Assembly (NCBI GenBank): GCA_965226885.1
Contig: CBDDEL010000017.1
Location: forward strand, 128,001 to 192,000
Direction: 5' to 3'
From: Opitutales bacterium
GTDB taxonomy: Bacteria > Verrucomicrobiota > Verrucomicrobiia > Opitutales > UBA2987
Length of the DNA: 64,000 nucleotides
The notes below the pieces were generated by a model. The model was not told where the DNA came from. It saw only the letters and a list, made by a program, of their open reading frames with translations, and searched no databases. Every line of letters begins with the position of its first letter. The first letter of the stretch is position 1. The position numbers were made by a program, and so were the translations under genes. Positions 43,258 through 54,941 of this stretch are shown in pieces.

Positions 43258-44624
43258 ATATAGTGAAACTTTAAAGGCTTTTTTGAAAACAGGTGAGCGA
43301 CAACTCCATGGATTACCTCAAGAGGTAACCGGATTGCGTAAAGACGGCTCTCTTTTCCCCATGGAGTTTGTCGTAAGTACAGCAAAAATGGAGAAAGGCC
43401 TTACAATCATCGCGGTTGTAAGAGACATTACCGAGAGAAAAAGCATTGAGAGGGAATTGGAAAACCATCGCCAAAGCCTCGAATACACGGTGGAATCCAG
43501 AACGGCTGAATTACGAATGTCGATGGAAAAACTGATGGACGCTAACTTGCAATTAAAGGAGGCCCACAGTCACCGCAGCCGTTTCATTTCATCAATGAGC
43601 CATGAGCTGCGCACTCCCTTGAGCGCCATTCTGGGGTATGCCGATCTTTACAAAAAAAATTACGGCCCAACTGCCGATGAAAAACAAAACCTCTATTTCG
43701 AGAATATATTAATCGCCGGCAAACATTTGCTCAATCTGATCAACGACATTCTCGACCTGGCCAAGATCGATTCGGGAAAAATGGAAGTCGAACTGGATAT
43801 ATTTCCTCCGGGAAAATTTGTTGAAGAAATTCTGAATATGATGAGCGCGAAATTCCAGGAAAAGAACCTGCAGGTGGAAACCTTTATAGATCCCAACCTG
43901 ACCGAAATTACCGCAGATAGACGAAAATGCCTGCAAATAATGCTGAATCTCCTTTCCAACGCATACAAATTCACACCGGAGGGAGGGCGTATTGGAATTA
44001 ACATCATCGAGGATCTGGAAAAGGGAATCAAGGTAGAGGTTTCCGACACAGGAAAGGGCATCGAACCGGGGGAAACCGGCAATATTTTTTCCGAATTTTA
44101 CCAGATCAGCAAAGCCAGTTTAAGCTCCGCCGAAGGAACGGGTATCGGGCTGGCCTTAACCCGTCGCCTGGTGGAGCTTCAAGGCGGTGAGATTGGAGTC
44201 GATAGCCAGCCGGATGCCGGCAGCACATTTTGGTTTACCCTGCCCCAAATTTCAATTTTAGAGAAATTATCCGAGAAAATCGAATCCGATGGATATGTTG
44301 AAGGTTCCACTCCAACAGGTTGTCGAATTTTACTGGCGGAAGACAGTTTGATCATTCGAACGATGCTCATGGATATGCTCAACCAGCATGATCATCAAAT
44401 CACCTTGGCCGAAAATGGACAAGAAGCAGTTGAGTCGGCCAAAAAAATCCGTCCCGACCTCATATTCATGGATATGCGAATGCCAGTCATGGATGGATTG
44501 GAGGCAACTCGCCGCATCCGGGCCATACCGGATATTGCCCAAGTGCCGATTATTGCGCTAACGGCCAGCACTGGCGCCGATGCCTATGAGCTACAAAAAG
44601 AAGCGGGTTGCAGCGACCATCTAG
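43258..44624 (+). pseudogene. Hybrid sensor histidine kinase (PAS-HisKA-HATPase-REC), truncated at both ends
   Basis: Frame is open from the IS1 edge in mid-PAS; SHELRTPL, NLLSNAYK, DTGKG, GTGIGL and DMRMP motifs; cut by IS1380 just before the REC KP motif. Confidence 0.88.
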
Positions 44625-46191
44625 CCCGGATATTTCATGAAGGGTAAAGTTTGGCTCGTTATTGCTATTGGAGATGGATTTCTTTGTATTTTGAGCAGAT
44701 CGTCTTGATTTTTAGGTGTTTTTCAGGGTGTAGAGACACTGCCCCCTTTCCCCCATTGGTTCGGTAGTGCCGGGGGCAGCACCAATGCACCCTTTAGGTT
44801 GGCACCAATCGGCGGGGCGCATGGTTGAAAAGACTGGCCCAAGGATAACTCTCACTTAGGTGAAAGTGAATCGTTCGGGTGTTGCGCACGATGACCGCTC
44901 CGATCTTGATTAATTTGAGCCGCAGGGTGTGGCATTGGGCCCGCGCCCACTTCGTCCCTTTTAAGGCTAACCGGCGCATGGCTTCCATCAAGGTGTAGGC
45001 CAGCGCCGACAAGAGCAATCGCCACTGATTGGCCCACCATTGATGGGCGCTGGTGCGCTCGCTGAACAATTGCATCTGTTCCTTGATTCGGTTCTCCATT
45101 TCACCGCGGCCACAGTATACCTTGTCGTAAAGCTCCTGGGGATCGCCCGGCAGGTTCGTCACCACGAAGCGCGGGTTGGACCCCTGTGCGGTGTGTTCGG
45201 CTTTATGGATGACCAACCGCAGCCATCGCCACGAATCGGCAGCATAGACGAAGTCCTGGAATAACCGTTGTTTTTTACCCCTTAGTTCGAACCATTCTTT
45301 GGCCTGCTTTTGCAACTGCTGGGCGTCTTGCTGCAAGCGTGCATTGCGAGCCATCCCCACGATGTAACTAACTTCGTTGCGGTCGCACCAAGAGAGTATC
45401 CGGTCTCGACAAAATCCACTGTCGGCGCGCCAAATAATCCGCGTACGGGGCCAGCTTTGGCGAATCCGTTTAACCAGCAATTTGAGGATGGCCCCGGCAT
45501 GCTTGCTGGCATCGATCTTGCTCGGCCGCAGGTAGGCCACCAGCAGCTGATCACCGCAAAAAACATATAGCGGCAGAAAACAGTAATGATCATAATAACC
45601 GTGGAAAAAACGTCCCTCCTGGAGCCCGTGCACCGGAGTGTCGGTGGCGTCAAAGTCCAGGATGATCTCTTCGGGTTCCTCGGCAAAGGAGCCCATGAAC
45701 TGTTCGACCAACAGCTCGTTTACCGCAAAGGCCGCCCGCCGATCCTGCCCGTTTTCAAAACGACACAAAGTCGGCGCGCTGGCCAACGTTTCAATGCGCC
45801 CCGTTACCGTTTGCAACAATGGATCGTGGCGCAGGGTATCAAAGTCGTTCAAATCCTCATAGCCCGCCACCAGCCCGTAAACGCGCTGCCGCAGCATCCC
45901 CAAGACCTCATGGCGTACTTTGCCCTTCTGCCGTTTGTCCACTAACTGTCGGGCCGCTCGTTCGGTCAAGCCCAACTGCCGATCCACTTCCCGGATCAAA
46001 AGCAGTCCGGCATCCGAAGTAACCTCTCCGCCCTTGAAATCAACCCGCACACGGCGGCCTTTTACCCTTGTCAACTGTAGCTTTAATTGTTTACCTTTTG
46101 TCATCGCTGATATTGCTTTAATTATTGATCTATCCTGCTGTATATCAGCAGTTAAGCATATCAACGATACTTTTTTTACGAAATATCCGGG
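44625..46191 (-). mobile_element. IS1380-family element, copy C (isoform 1, intact)
   Basis: 1567 bp; CTAG on both flanks. Confidence 0.95.
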
Positions 46192-46656
46192 CTAGCCGAC
46201 CGGGCGCTGCGGAGGTTGGACGATTATTTTCTGGGCGACTGGAAATTGCGAAAGGACGCACGAGGGCATCATTTCCGCCACGAGGTCATTCGCAACGATG
46301 GTCGCTCAGGCATCACTTATACCGCATATTCCTTTTCCGCCATTACCCAGCTTCTTGAAATGGCTAGAAATTTCGGCCACCAATTTGACTGGTGGGAGCG
46401 TCCCACATTGGGCGGAGCCACAATGAAAGGAGTGGCAGAAGATTTTTTCCGCTGGAATATGCTCAAGGAGGATTTCCCCTGGTATGAATTTGAAAGCGGT
46501 GAACCCCAACGGGCCACGACAGGATTCAACATCCTGGAAACCACTTACACCAGGCTCGAACTAGACAACCGGATTACCAAATGGCTGAAAGTTAACCGCC
46601 CCGTCGAAAGGCGACAAGGGGATCCCTATTGCACCCTGCTTAAAGGTGATTTGTGA
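46192..46656 (+). pseudogene. 3' fragment of an unidentified gene
   Basis: Frame open from the IS edge (LADRALRRLDDYFLGDW...); no own RBS or ATG. Confidence 0.55.
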
Positions 46657-46980
46657 GCCTCATTTATTAGACCAATTTATCTAAACGCTCTAGAAACTAT
46701 CTCCAATTCGATAACAACGATGTAGAGAGCAATTATGTGTATTGAGCGCAATTGACGGTCAGCGCAAGGCGGGCATTGGGAAACGCGATGGGGAGAATTA
46801 AATTTTTTTTACAAAAAATGAATAAACCCCGAATTCCGCCGTCCAATCGACAAACCAATCAATGTAAGGAAGAAAGGATTACCATGAAAAAAACAATCAG
46901 CATAATTTTAGTGGCCGCAGTTATCCTGCTGGCCTACACTCCCAAAACCCAGGCGGGCGATGATGGCTGGGCGGCTCTAG

Positions 46981-48547
46981 CCCGGATATTTCGTAAAAAA
47001 AGTATCGTTGATATGCTTAACTGCTGATATACAGCAGGATAGATCAATAATTAAAGCAATATCAGCGATGACAAAAGGTAAACAATTAAAGCTACAGTTG
47101 ACAAGGGTAAAAGGCCGCCGTGTGCGGGTTGATTTCAAGGGCGGAGAGGTTACTTCGGATGCCGGACTGCTTCTGATCCGGGAAGTGGATCGGCAGTTGG
47201 GCTTGACCGAACGAGCGGCCCGACAGTTAGTGGACAAACGGCAGAAGGGCAAAGTACGCCATGAGGTATTGGGGATGCTGCGGCAGCGCGTTTACGGGCT
47301 GGTGGCGGGCTATGAGGATTTGAACGACTTTGATACCCTGCGCCACGATCCATTGTTGCAAACGGTAACGGGGCGCATTGAAACGTTGGCCAGCGCGCCG
47401 ACTTTGTGTCGTTTTGAAAACGGGCAGGATCGGCGGGCGGCCTTTGCGGTAAACGAGCTGTTGGTCGAACAGTTCATGGGCTCCTTTGCCGAGGAACCCG
47501 AAGAGATCATCCTGGACTTTGACGCCACCGACAATCCGGTGCACGGGCTCCAGGAGGGACGTTTTTTCCACGGTTATTATGATCATTACTGTTTTCTGCC
47601 GCTATATGTTTTTTGCGGTGATCAGCTGCTGGTGGCCTACCTGCGGCCGAGCAAGATCGATGCCAGCAAGCATGCCGGGGCCATCCTCAAATTGCTGGTT
47701 AAACGGATGCGCCAAAGCTGGCCCCGTACGCGGATTATTTGGCGCGCCGACAGTGGATTTTGTCGAGACCGGATACTCTCTTGGTGCGACCGCAACGAAG
47801 TTAGTTACATCGTGGGGATGGCTCGCAATGCACGCTTGCAGCAAGACGCCCAGCAGTTGCAAAAGCAGGCCAAAGAATGGTTCGAACTAAGGGGTAAAAA
47901 ACAACGGTTATTCCAGGACTTCGTCTATGCTGCCGATTCGTGGCGATGGCTGCGGTTGGTCATCCATAAAGCCGAACACACCGCACAGGGGTCCAACCCG
48001 CGCTTCGTGGTGACGAACCTGCCGGGCGATCCCCAGGAGCTTTACGACAAGGTATACTGTGGCCGCGGTGAAATGGAGAACCGAATCAAGGAACAGATGC
48101 AATTGTTCAGCGAGCGCACCAGCGCCCATCAATGGTGGGCCAATCAGTGGCGATTGCTCTTGTCGGCGCTGGCCTACACCTTGATGGAAGCCATGCGCCG
48201 GTTAGCCTTAAAAGGGACGAAGTGGGCGCGGGCCCAATGCCACACCCTGCGGCTCAAATTAATCAAGATCGGAGCGGTCATCGTGCGCAACACCCGAACG
48301 ATTCACTTTCACCTAAGTGAGAGTTATCCTTGGGCCAGTCTTTTCAACCATGCGGCCCGCCGATTGGTGCCAACCTAAAGGGTGCATTGGTGCTGCCCCC
48401 GGCACTACCGAACCAATGGGGGAAAGGGGGCAGTGTCTCTACACCCTGAAAAACACCTAAAAATCAAGACGATCTGCTCAAAATACAAAGAAATCCATCT
48501 CCAATAGCAATAACGAGCCAAACTTTACCCTTCATGAAATATCCGGG
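46981..48547 (+). mobile_element. IS1380-family element, copy D (isoform 1, intact)
   Basis: 1567 bp; CTAG flanks. Confidence 0.95.
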
Positions 48548-48551
48548 CTAG

Positions 48552-50118
48552 CCCGGAAATTTCATAAAAAAAGTATCGCTGATATGCTTATCTGCTGATA
48601 TACAGCAGGATAGATTAAACATTAAAGCAATATCAGCGATGACAAAAAGTAAACAATTAGAACTACAGTTGACAAGGGTAAAAGGCCGCCGTGTGCGGGT
48701 TGATTTTAAGGGCGGTGAGGTTACTTCGGATGCCGGGCTGCTTTTGATCCGGGAAGTGGATCGGCGGTTGGGCTTGACCGAGCAAGCGGCCCGGCAATTA
48801 GTAGACAAACGGCAGAAGGGCAAAGTGCGCCATGAGATGCTGGCCATGATCCGGCAGCGCGTTTACGGGCTGGGGGCGGGCTATGAGGATTTGAACGACT
48901 TTGACACCCTGCGCCGCGATCCTTTGTTGCAAACGGTAACGGGGCGCACTGAAGCGTTGGCCAGCGCGCCGACTTTGTGTCGTTTTGAAAACGGGCAGGA
49001 TCGGCGGGCAGCCTTTGCCCTGAACGAGTTGCTGGTCGAACAGTTCATCGGATCCTTTGCCGAGGAACCCGAAGAGATCATCCTGGACTTTGACGCCACC
49101 GACAATCCGGTGCACGGGCTCCAGGAGGGACGTTTTTTCCACGGTTATTATGATCATTACTGTTTTTTGCCGCTGTATGTTTTTTGCGGCGATCAGCTTC
49201 TGGTGGCCTACCTGCGGCCCAGCAAGATCGATGCGAGCAAGCATGCCGGGGCCATCCTCAAATTGCTGGTTAAACGGATTCGCCAAAGCTGGCCCCATAC
49301 GCGGATTATTTGGCGTGCCGACAGCGGATTCTGCCGGGATCGGATTCTCTCGTGGTGCGAGCGCAACGAGGTCTATTTTATAGTGGGAACGGCCCGCCAT
49401 GCACGCTTGCAGCAAGCGGCCCGGCAGTTGCAGGAGCAAGCCAAACAATGGTTCGAGGGTAGCGGCAAAAAGCAACGGCTGTTTCAGCACTTCGAGTATG
49501 GGGCAAAATCGTGGCGGCGCCAACGCCTTATCATCCACAAAGCCGAACACACCGCACAGGGGTCCAACCCGCGCTTCGTGGTGACGAACCTGCAGGGCGA
49601 TCCCCAAGAGCTTTACGACAAAGTATACTGTGGCCGCGGTGAGATGGAGAACCGGATCAAGGAACAGATGCAATTGTTCAGCGAACGCACCAGCGCGCAT
49701 AAATGGTGGGCCAACCAGTGGCGATTGCTCTTGTCGGGGCTGGCCTACACCTTGATGGAAGCCTTGCGCCGGTTCGCATTAAAAGGGACGAAGTGGGCGC
49801 GGCTCCAATGCCACAGTCTACGGCTAAAATTAATCAAGATCGGAGCGGTAATCGTGCGCAACACCCGAACGATTCACTTTCATCTAAGTGAAAGTTATCC
49901 ATGGGCCAGTCTTTTCAACCATGCGGCCCGCCGGTTGGTGCCAACCTAAAGGGCGCATTGGCGCTGCCCCCGGCGCTACCGAACCAATGGGGGAAAGGGG
50001 GAAGTGTCTCTACACCCTGAAAAACACCTCAAAATCAAGACGATCCGCCCAAAATACAAAGAAATCCATCTCCAATAGCAATAACGAGCCAAACTTTACC
50101 CTTCATGAAATATCCGGG
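48552..50118 (+). mobile_element. IS1380-family element, copy E (isoform 2; transposase 48639-49949 intact)
   Basis: 1567 bp; left end CCCGGAAATTTCATAAA; diverged from isoform 1; CTAG flanks. Confidence 0.95.
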
Positions 50119-50537
50119 CTAGGAGGTTTTCTCGGCGGCGTCATTGTAAGCAGCATCGGCCATGACATCAGGAAAAATCGCCACGGCAGTCATCATGGAA
50201 ATCGCGGCAGTGTGGAAATTAGCTACGGTCGTAATTATGGCTCCGGCCACCACAACAAAGGGCATTATGAATACCGCACCATCAAACGTTGGGTGCCCGG
50301 CTATTGGGAATACCGGGACCGCTTTTGCGACACCCCCATCAAAGTTTGGGTGGAAGGGCGTTATATTTACCACAAAGAAAAAGTTTGGGTGAGGGATTAC
50401 GGCCGACATGGCGGCTATTATTCTCAACATCACACATATAACAAGCGATCCAGCCGCCACGGGCGGTAATTGAGATAATTCGCTGAAAATCATTCCGTTG
50501 CCATAATGGCGAAAATAACATTTGTATTGGCCCTGTC

Positions 50538-51035
50538 ATGAACTGCCAAGAAGCCGAGTTGCTTATTAGCCAGTCGCTGGACGGGGAGCTGGATTCTCCG
50601 GCCAGCCAATCTTTACTCCAAGAACATCTGGAGTCATGCCCCGCTTGTCGAAACCGTGCCCAGACATGGAGAAATTTCGCCCAATTCATGCGCCAGGACG
50701 AGATTTCCACGCCCCCACCGGTGGAAGCGGCCTGGCGGGAAATCAGGCGGGGAATCCAGTCAGAGGAATCGCCCCAATCCGATGAAATTCCGGAAAAAAC
50801 CGCAACCGCGTCTCCCTGGTTTTGGCGCGCGCCCACCGCCATTGCCGCCCTCCTTGCGTTATCGCTGGGGCTTTATTTTGTTTTTCCATCCTCAAAGGAA
50901 AATGCGCCCGCCTACGCCGAAACGACCGAAGTTGAATTTATGGAAACCGATATTCCCGGCGCCGGTACCCTCGTCTATGTCGATCAGGACTCCGGCTGGA
51001 CTATTCTTTGGGTAGTGGAATCGGCCGAAGGTTGA
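50538..51035 (+). CDS. Zinc-finger (zf-HC2) transmembrane anti-sigma factor
   Basis: MNC...SLDGEL...HLESCPAC motif plus a single TM helix. Confidence 0.85.
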   Translation: MNCQEAELLISQSLDGELDSPASQSLLQEHLESCPACRNRAQTWRNFAQFMRQDEISTPPPVEAAWREIRRGIQSEESPQSDEIPEKTATASPWFWRAPTAIAALLALSLGLYFVFPSSKENAPAYAETTEVEFMETDIPGAGTLVYVDQDSGWTILWVVESAEG

Positions 51036-51085
51036 TCGGGAAAAACTTGATCCAGTCGGCAGGAAATTTTATCCACTCACCACAG

Positions 51086-51766
51086 ATGGATAAAAAATAT
51101 ATTACCTTAACCGATTCCCTCTACGAATACCTGCAAAATGTTTCCCTGCGAGAGCCGGACATCCTCCGGCGGCTGCGGGAGGAAACCGCCCGTGATCCCT
51201 TGGCCATGATGCAAATCTCCCCCGACCAGGGACAATTTATGGCCTTGCTGGCACGTCTTTTAAATGCCCGCCACTATCTGGAGATCGGCGTCTTTACCGG
51301 TTATAGCGCCCTGTCCTTGGCTATGGCTTTGCCCCCGAACGGGAAAATAACGGCCTGCGACATCAGCCCGGAATGGACTCCCATTGCCCGTCGCTATTGG
51401 AAAGAAGCCGGCCTTGAGGAAAAAATCGATCTTCGTCTCGGTCCCGCCGCCGACACCCTTGCTGCGCTCCTTGAAAATGGTGCGGAAGCCTCCTACGACA
51501 TGGCTTTCATCGATGCCGACAAGGAAAATTATCAGGCTTACTTTGAATACTGTCTCAAACTGGTCAGGCCGGGCGGCCTCATCTTAGTCGATAACGTGCT
51601 CTGGGGCGGCCAGGTAGTCGATGAGTCCGCCCAGGATGAAAGCACTGTGGCTATCCGTGAATTCAACCGTCGGCTGAAAGATGACAACCGGGTGCGCATA
51701 AGCTTGCTGCCGGTGGGCGACGGTCTCACTCTGGCAGTCCTACCCTTGCCTTCTGCCGCCCCCTAA
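51086..51766 (+). CDS. SAM-dependent O-methyltransferase (caffeoyl-CoA OMT-like)
   Basis: MQISPDQGQF, LEIGVFTGYS, FIDADKENY and DNVLWGG motifs. Confidence 0.92.
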   Translation: MDKKYITLTDSLYEYLQNVSLREPDILRRLREETARDPLAMMQISPDQGQFMALLARLLNARHYLEIGVFTGYSALSLAMALPPNGKITACDISPEWTPIARRYWKEAGLEEKIDLRLGPAADTLAALLENGAEASYDMAFIDADKENYQAYFEYCLKLVRPGGLILVDNVLWGGQVVDESAQDESTVAIREFNRRLKDDNRVRISLLPVGDGLTLAVLPLPSAAP

Positions 51767-52734
51767 TTGGCCAGCGGAGAGCAGACATTAACGAAAATCG
51801 ACCTCAGCCGGGCCATGTCCTCCTCCGCCAACGGCGGCCCTTCAACCGCTTTGATATTTTCTTCTAGATGTTCAATATTCGACGTGCCGGTAAGGATCGT
51901 GTGGACCGCGGGATGAGCGGCCACATATTTATAACCGGCGGCGGGAAGCGAGGTTACGGATCCCTTCACCAGCCAATCAAGCGGCCTATCTCCGGACAGT
52001 GCATTTGGATCAAGCCACCCTTGATCGATAGCTTCATTGAGGCGCTTGCGCAAATACTCCGGTTGGGCAAGGGAGCGCCGGACCGGGACCATGCAGATGA
52101 CACCGGCAGTCTTGTCCCCGCAAAGCGGCAGCAAAGTCTTTTCCGGTGATGGGCTGAGGAGATTATAACCGACCATTATGGTGTCGAAACAATCATCCCG
52201 CAGAGCCATCCCCAGCATCTCGTGAGGCCCGTCCAGGCTAAAAGTCTCCGACACCCCGATAAACCCGATTTTCCCCTCATCCTTGAGCTTCAACAATGCC
52301 GGCATCAGGTTTTCGACCGACTGCGTATAGAGTTGCGGACGCAGCCCATGATATTGAAGGATATCAATTGTCTCCACCCGCAATCGCCCCAAGCTGCACT
52401 CGACCGATTGAACGAGTTTCTTCGGCGTGGTCGGCTCCTCCAAGCTCCCAACTTGAAATTTTGTCGACAGAATATAAGATTCCCGCGCAACGCCGCGCAG
52501 GGCCCGGCCCAACATCGCTTCGCTTTCCCGGTAGCTGGCAGCGGTATCGAAATAATTGATTCCGCGGTCCAAAGCCAGCTTCACGAGATTGCCGATATCA
52601 TTTTCGGAAACGCCGCTACGCTGCCCGAACTGGCTCGGACCGCCCGTCCCAATACCAAGCCGGGAAATCCGCAACCCCGTCCGCCCTAATGTTCGATATT
52701 CCATGTCCTGAAAATAATATCCGGTTTCATCCAA
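51763..52734 (-). CDS. Aldo/keto reductase
   Basis: YRTLGRTGL, FDTAASY, STK and SLGRL motifs; start may be ATG 52704. Confidence 0.9.
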   Translation of the reverse strand: MDETGYYFQDMEYRTLGRTGLRISRLGIGTGGPSQFGQRSGVSENDIGNLVKLALDRGINYFDTAASYRESEAMLGRALRGVARESYILSTKFQVGSLEEPTTPKKLVQSVECSLGRLRVETIDILQYHGLRPQLYTQSVENLMPALLKLKDEGKIGFIGVSETFSLDGPHEMLGMALRDDCFDTIMVGYNLLSPSPEKTLLPLCGDKTAGVICMVPVRRSLAQPEYLRKRLNEAIDQGWLDPNALSGDRPLDWLVKGSVTSLPAAGYKYVAAHPAVHTILTGTSNIEHLEENIKAVEGPPLAEEDMARLRSIFVNVCSPLAN

Positions 52735-52747
52735 AGTCGATTCTCAT

Positions 52748-53534
52748 TTACGACAATCGGCCGCAATAGACTTGAGTATCGTATTCGAAATGGACCAGTC
52801 CGTCCACCTCGTGCCGGTCGAATATTTCATTCATACGTTTCAGCATTGGCACGTAATTGGGATGATCGGGGGTTGGGGTATAGGAGGAAGAAAACAAACG
52901 GCCGGAAAAACCATCGCGAGTTAAAGGCTGTTTATAATCAAAAGCGTCCCAACATACTTCGGAATGCCCAAAAAAATCTTGTATCTTCTCAAGGCCCAAA
53001 CCGCGATGAAGAACCTTTCCGAATTCGATACCGTACCGAATTCGATACCGTATTTTAAGAGCATTTCTTCATAATCGCTTAAAAATGGCGTTGAGAGATG
53101 CCAGCGGGCATTCCACACCACGGCCAAATAACCATCCGGTTTCAAAATCCTTTCAAATTCCCGGCGAGTCGCCAACGGCTCGAACCAATGAAAAGCCTGG
53201 GCCGCCGCAACCAAATCCACGGACGACTTGGGAAGATTGGTCTTTTCGGCCTGTCCGTCGATCGCCTGAAATGGATCGAATCGAGCTAAAAATGCTTCCC
53301 CCGCCTCGCGCATTTCGCGATTGGGTTCTACCCCCCTACCCCCAATACAGAGTAATTTCGCTCCAGCAGTTGTTTGGCAAAGAGGCCGGTGCCGCAACCG
53401 ATGTCGGCAATAACCGAATCCCGAGACAAACCGCATTTTTCTTCCAGAAAGTCGATTGCCTGGGGTGGATAAGAAGGTCTGTATTTGCGGTAATCATCGA
53501 CGCGGCTGGAAAATCTGGCGGTGGGATCGAGCAT
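52748..53534 (-). pseudogene. Class I SAM-dependent methyltransferase, frameshifted by 8-bp and 17-bp duplications
   Basis: YRPSYP, ADIGCGTG, VEPN and AQAFHWF motifs. Removing the duplications at 53328-53343 and 53019-53052 joins the three ORF pieces. Confidence 0.92.
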
Positions 53535-53667
53535 TTTTATTTGAAGATATTGATATCCATTTAAGCCGGAACCGCAATTAGATACGGTAGCCGCAAGTCG
53601 TTTTTTCTGGAATTGTGCCGTGCTCTTCTATAAATCCAATCAGTTTTGACACTTTGAATGACTCTGA

Positions 53668-54915
53668 ATGGAAACAATGAATTTCATGACCCCTCAACAG
53701 GCTGAAGAGATCCGTAACCGTTTCGGAACGCCAGTCTATGTCTATGACGAACACGCTTTGCGCCTGGCCGCGGAGTCGTTGCTCGGCTTTCCCCATGCCT
53801 ATGGTTTTACCGCCCGTTTCGCCATGAAGGCCTGCTCCAATGCAGCCATATTGAAAATTTTCGACCGCCTAGGCTTGCAGTTCGACGCCAGTAGTGGGTT
53901 TGAGTGCGAACGAGCCATCAAAGCCGGTATCGACCCAAAAAATATCAGTCTCAGCAGCCAGGAATTTCCGCACGATTTTGACCATCTTTTTGAAAAAGGC
54001 ATCCATTTCAACGCCTGCTCGCTTTTGCAAGTTGAGCGCTTCGGGCAAATGTTTCCGGGCCGTGAAATAGGGCTTCGTTTCAACCCGGGGCTCGGCTCCG
54101 GCAGCACCAATCGCACCAATACAGGGGGGCCCGCGGCCAGTTTCGGCATCTGGCATGAGCATCTCGAAAAAGTCCGGAAACTGGCTTGCAAATACGACTT
54201 GACGGTCGGCCTTATCCATACCCACATCGGTTCCGGTAGCGACCCCATCCTGTGGCAACGCGCCGCAGACCTTAGCCTTGACTTGGTGCGGCAATTCCCG
54301 GGTGTGAGAACTCTCAATCTGGGGGGCGGCTTCAAGGTCGGGCGTATGCCCGGCGAGCCGACCAGCGATCTTTCCATTATCGGGCAACCGGTAAAGTCGG
54401 CCTTTATTAAATTGCATGAGGAAACCGGTCGCAAAATTCATCTTGAGCTGGAACCAGGCACCTTCCTGATTGCCAATGCCGGGACAATCCTGACGACTGT
54501 GCGCGACATTGTCGATACGGGCCAAAAGGGTTATAAATTCCTCAAACTGGACATCGGCATGAACGACATCCTGCGCCCTTCCCTCTATGGGGCGCAACAC
54601 CCGATTGCGCTTGTTAAGAAACAAGAAAGCGAACAAACGGAAACCTATGTCATCGTCGGGCATTGCTGCGAATCAGGCGATTTGCTCACCCCGCAGCCCG
54701 CCCAACCGGAGTTGCTGGCCCCGCGGGAAATGGCAACAGCCACGTTGGGCGACCTCTGTGTTATCGGGGGAACTGGCGCTTATTGCTCTTCCTTGGCGGC
54801 CATCAATTACAATTCCTTTCCCCAATCGCCCGAGGTCTTAATTACCGAAAACGGGGAACCCCTCCTCATCCGCCAACGCCAGACTCTCAACCAAATACTC
54901 CAGAATGAACTATAG
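53668..54915 (+). CDS. lysA: Diaminopimelate decarboxylase
   Basis: GTPVYVY, FAMKAC, HTHIGS, NLGGG, EPG, RPSLYGA and CCESGD motifs. Confidence 0.9.
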   Translation: METMNFMTPQQAEEIRNRFGTPVYVYDEHALRLAAESLLGFPHAYGFTARFAMKACSNAAILKIFDRLGLQFDASSGFECERAIKAGIDPKNISLSSQEFPHDFDHLFEKGIHFNACSLLQVERFGQMFPGREIGLRFNPGLGSGSTNRTNTGGPAASFGIWHEHLEKVRKLACKYDLTVGLIHTHIGSGSDPILWQRAADLSLDLVRQFPGVRTLNLGGGFKVGRMPGEPTSDLSIIGQPVKSAFIKLHEETGRKIHLELEPGTFLIANAGTILTTVRDIVDTGQKGYKFLKLDIGMNDILRPSLYGAQHPIALVKKQESEQTETYVIVGHCCESGDLLTPQPAQPELLAPREMATATLGDLCVIGGTGAYCSSLAAINYNSFPQSPEVLITENGEPLLIRQRQTLNQILQNEL

Positions 54916-54941
54916 AACTTAACTCAGGCGAAACGAAAACT

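Larger units (their letters stand above)
46884..50469 (+). pseudogene. Secreted His/Gly/Tyr-rich protein interrupted by two tandem IS1380 copies
   Basis: Rejoining at CTAG gives MKKTISIILVAAVILLAYTPKTQAGDDGWAAL|GGFLGGVIV...RWVPGYWEY...VWVEGRY...RHGR*. Confidence 0.85.

Noticed and set aside
49888..50469. 193-aa ORF as a novel protein
   Set aside because: Chimera of the IS1380 right end and the 3' half of the interrupted secreted-protein gene.
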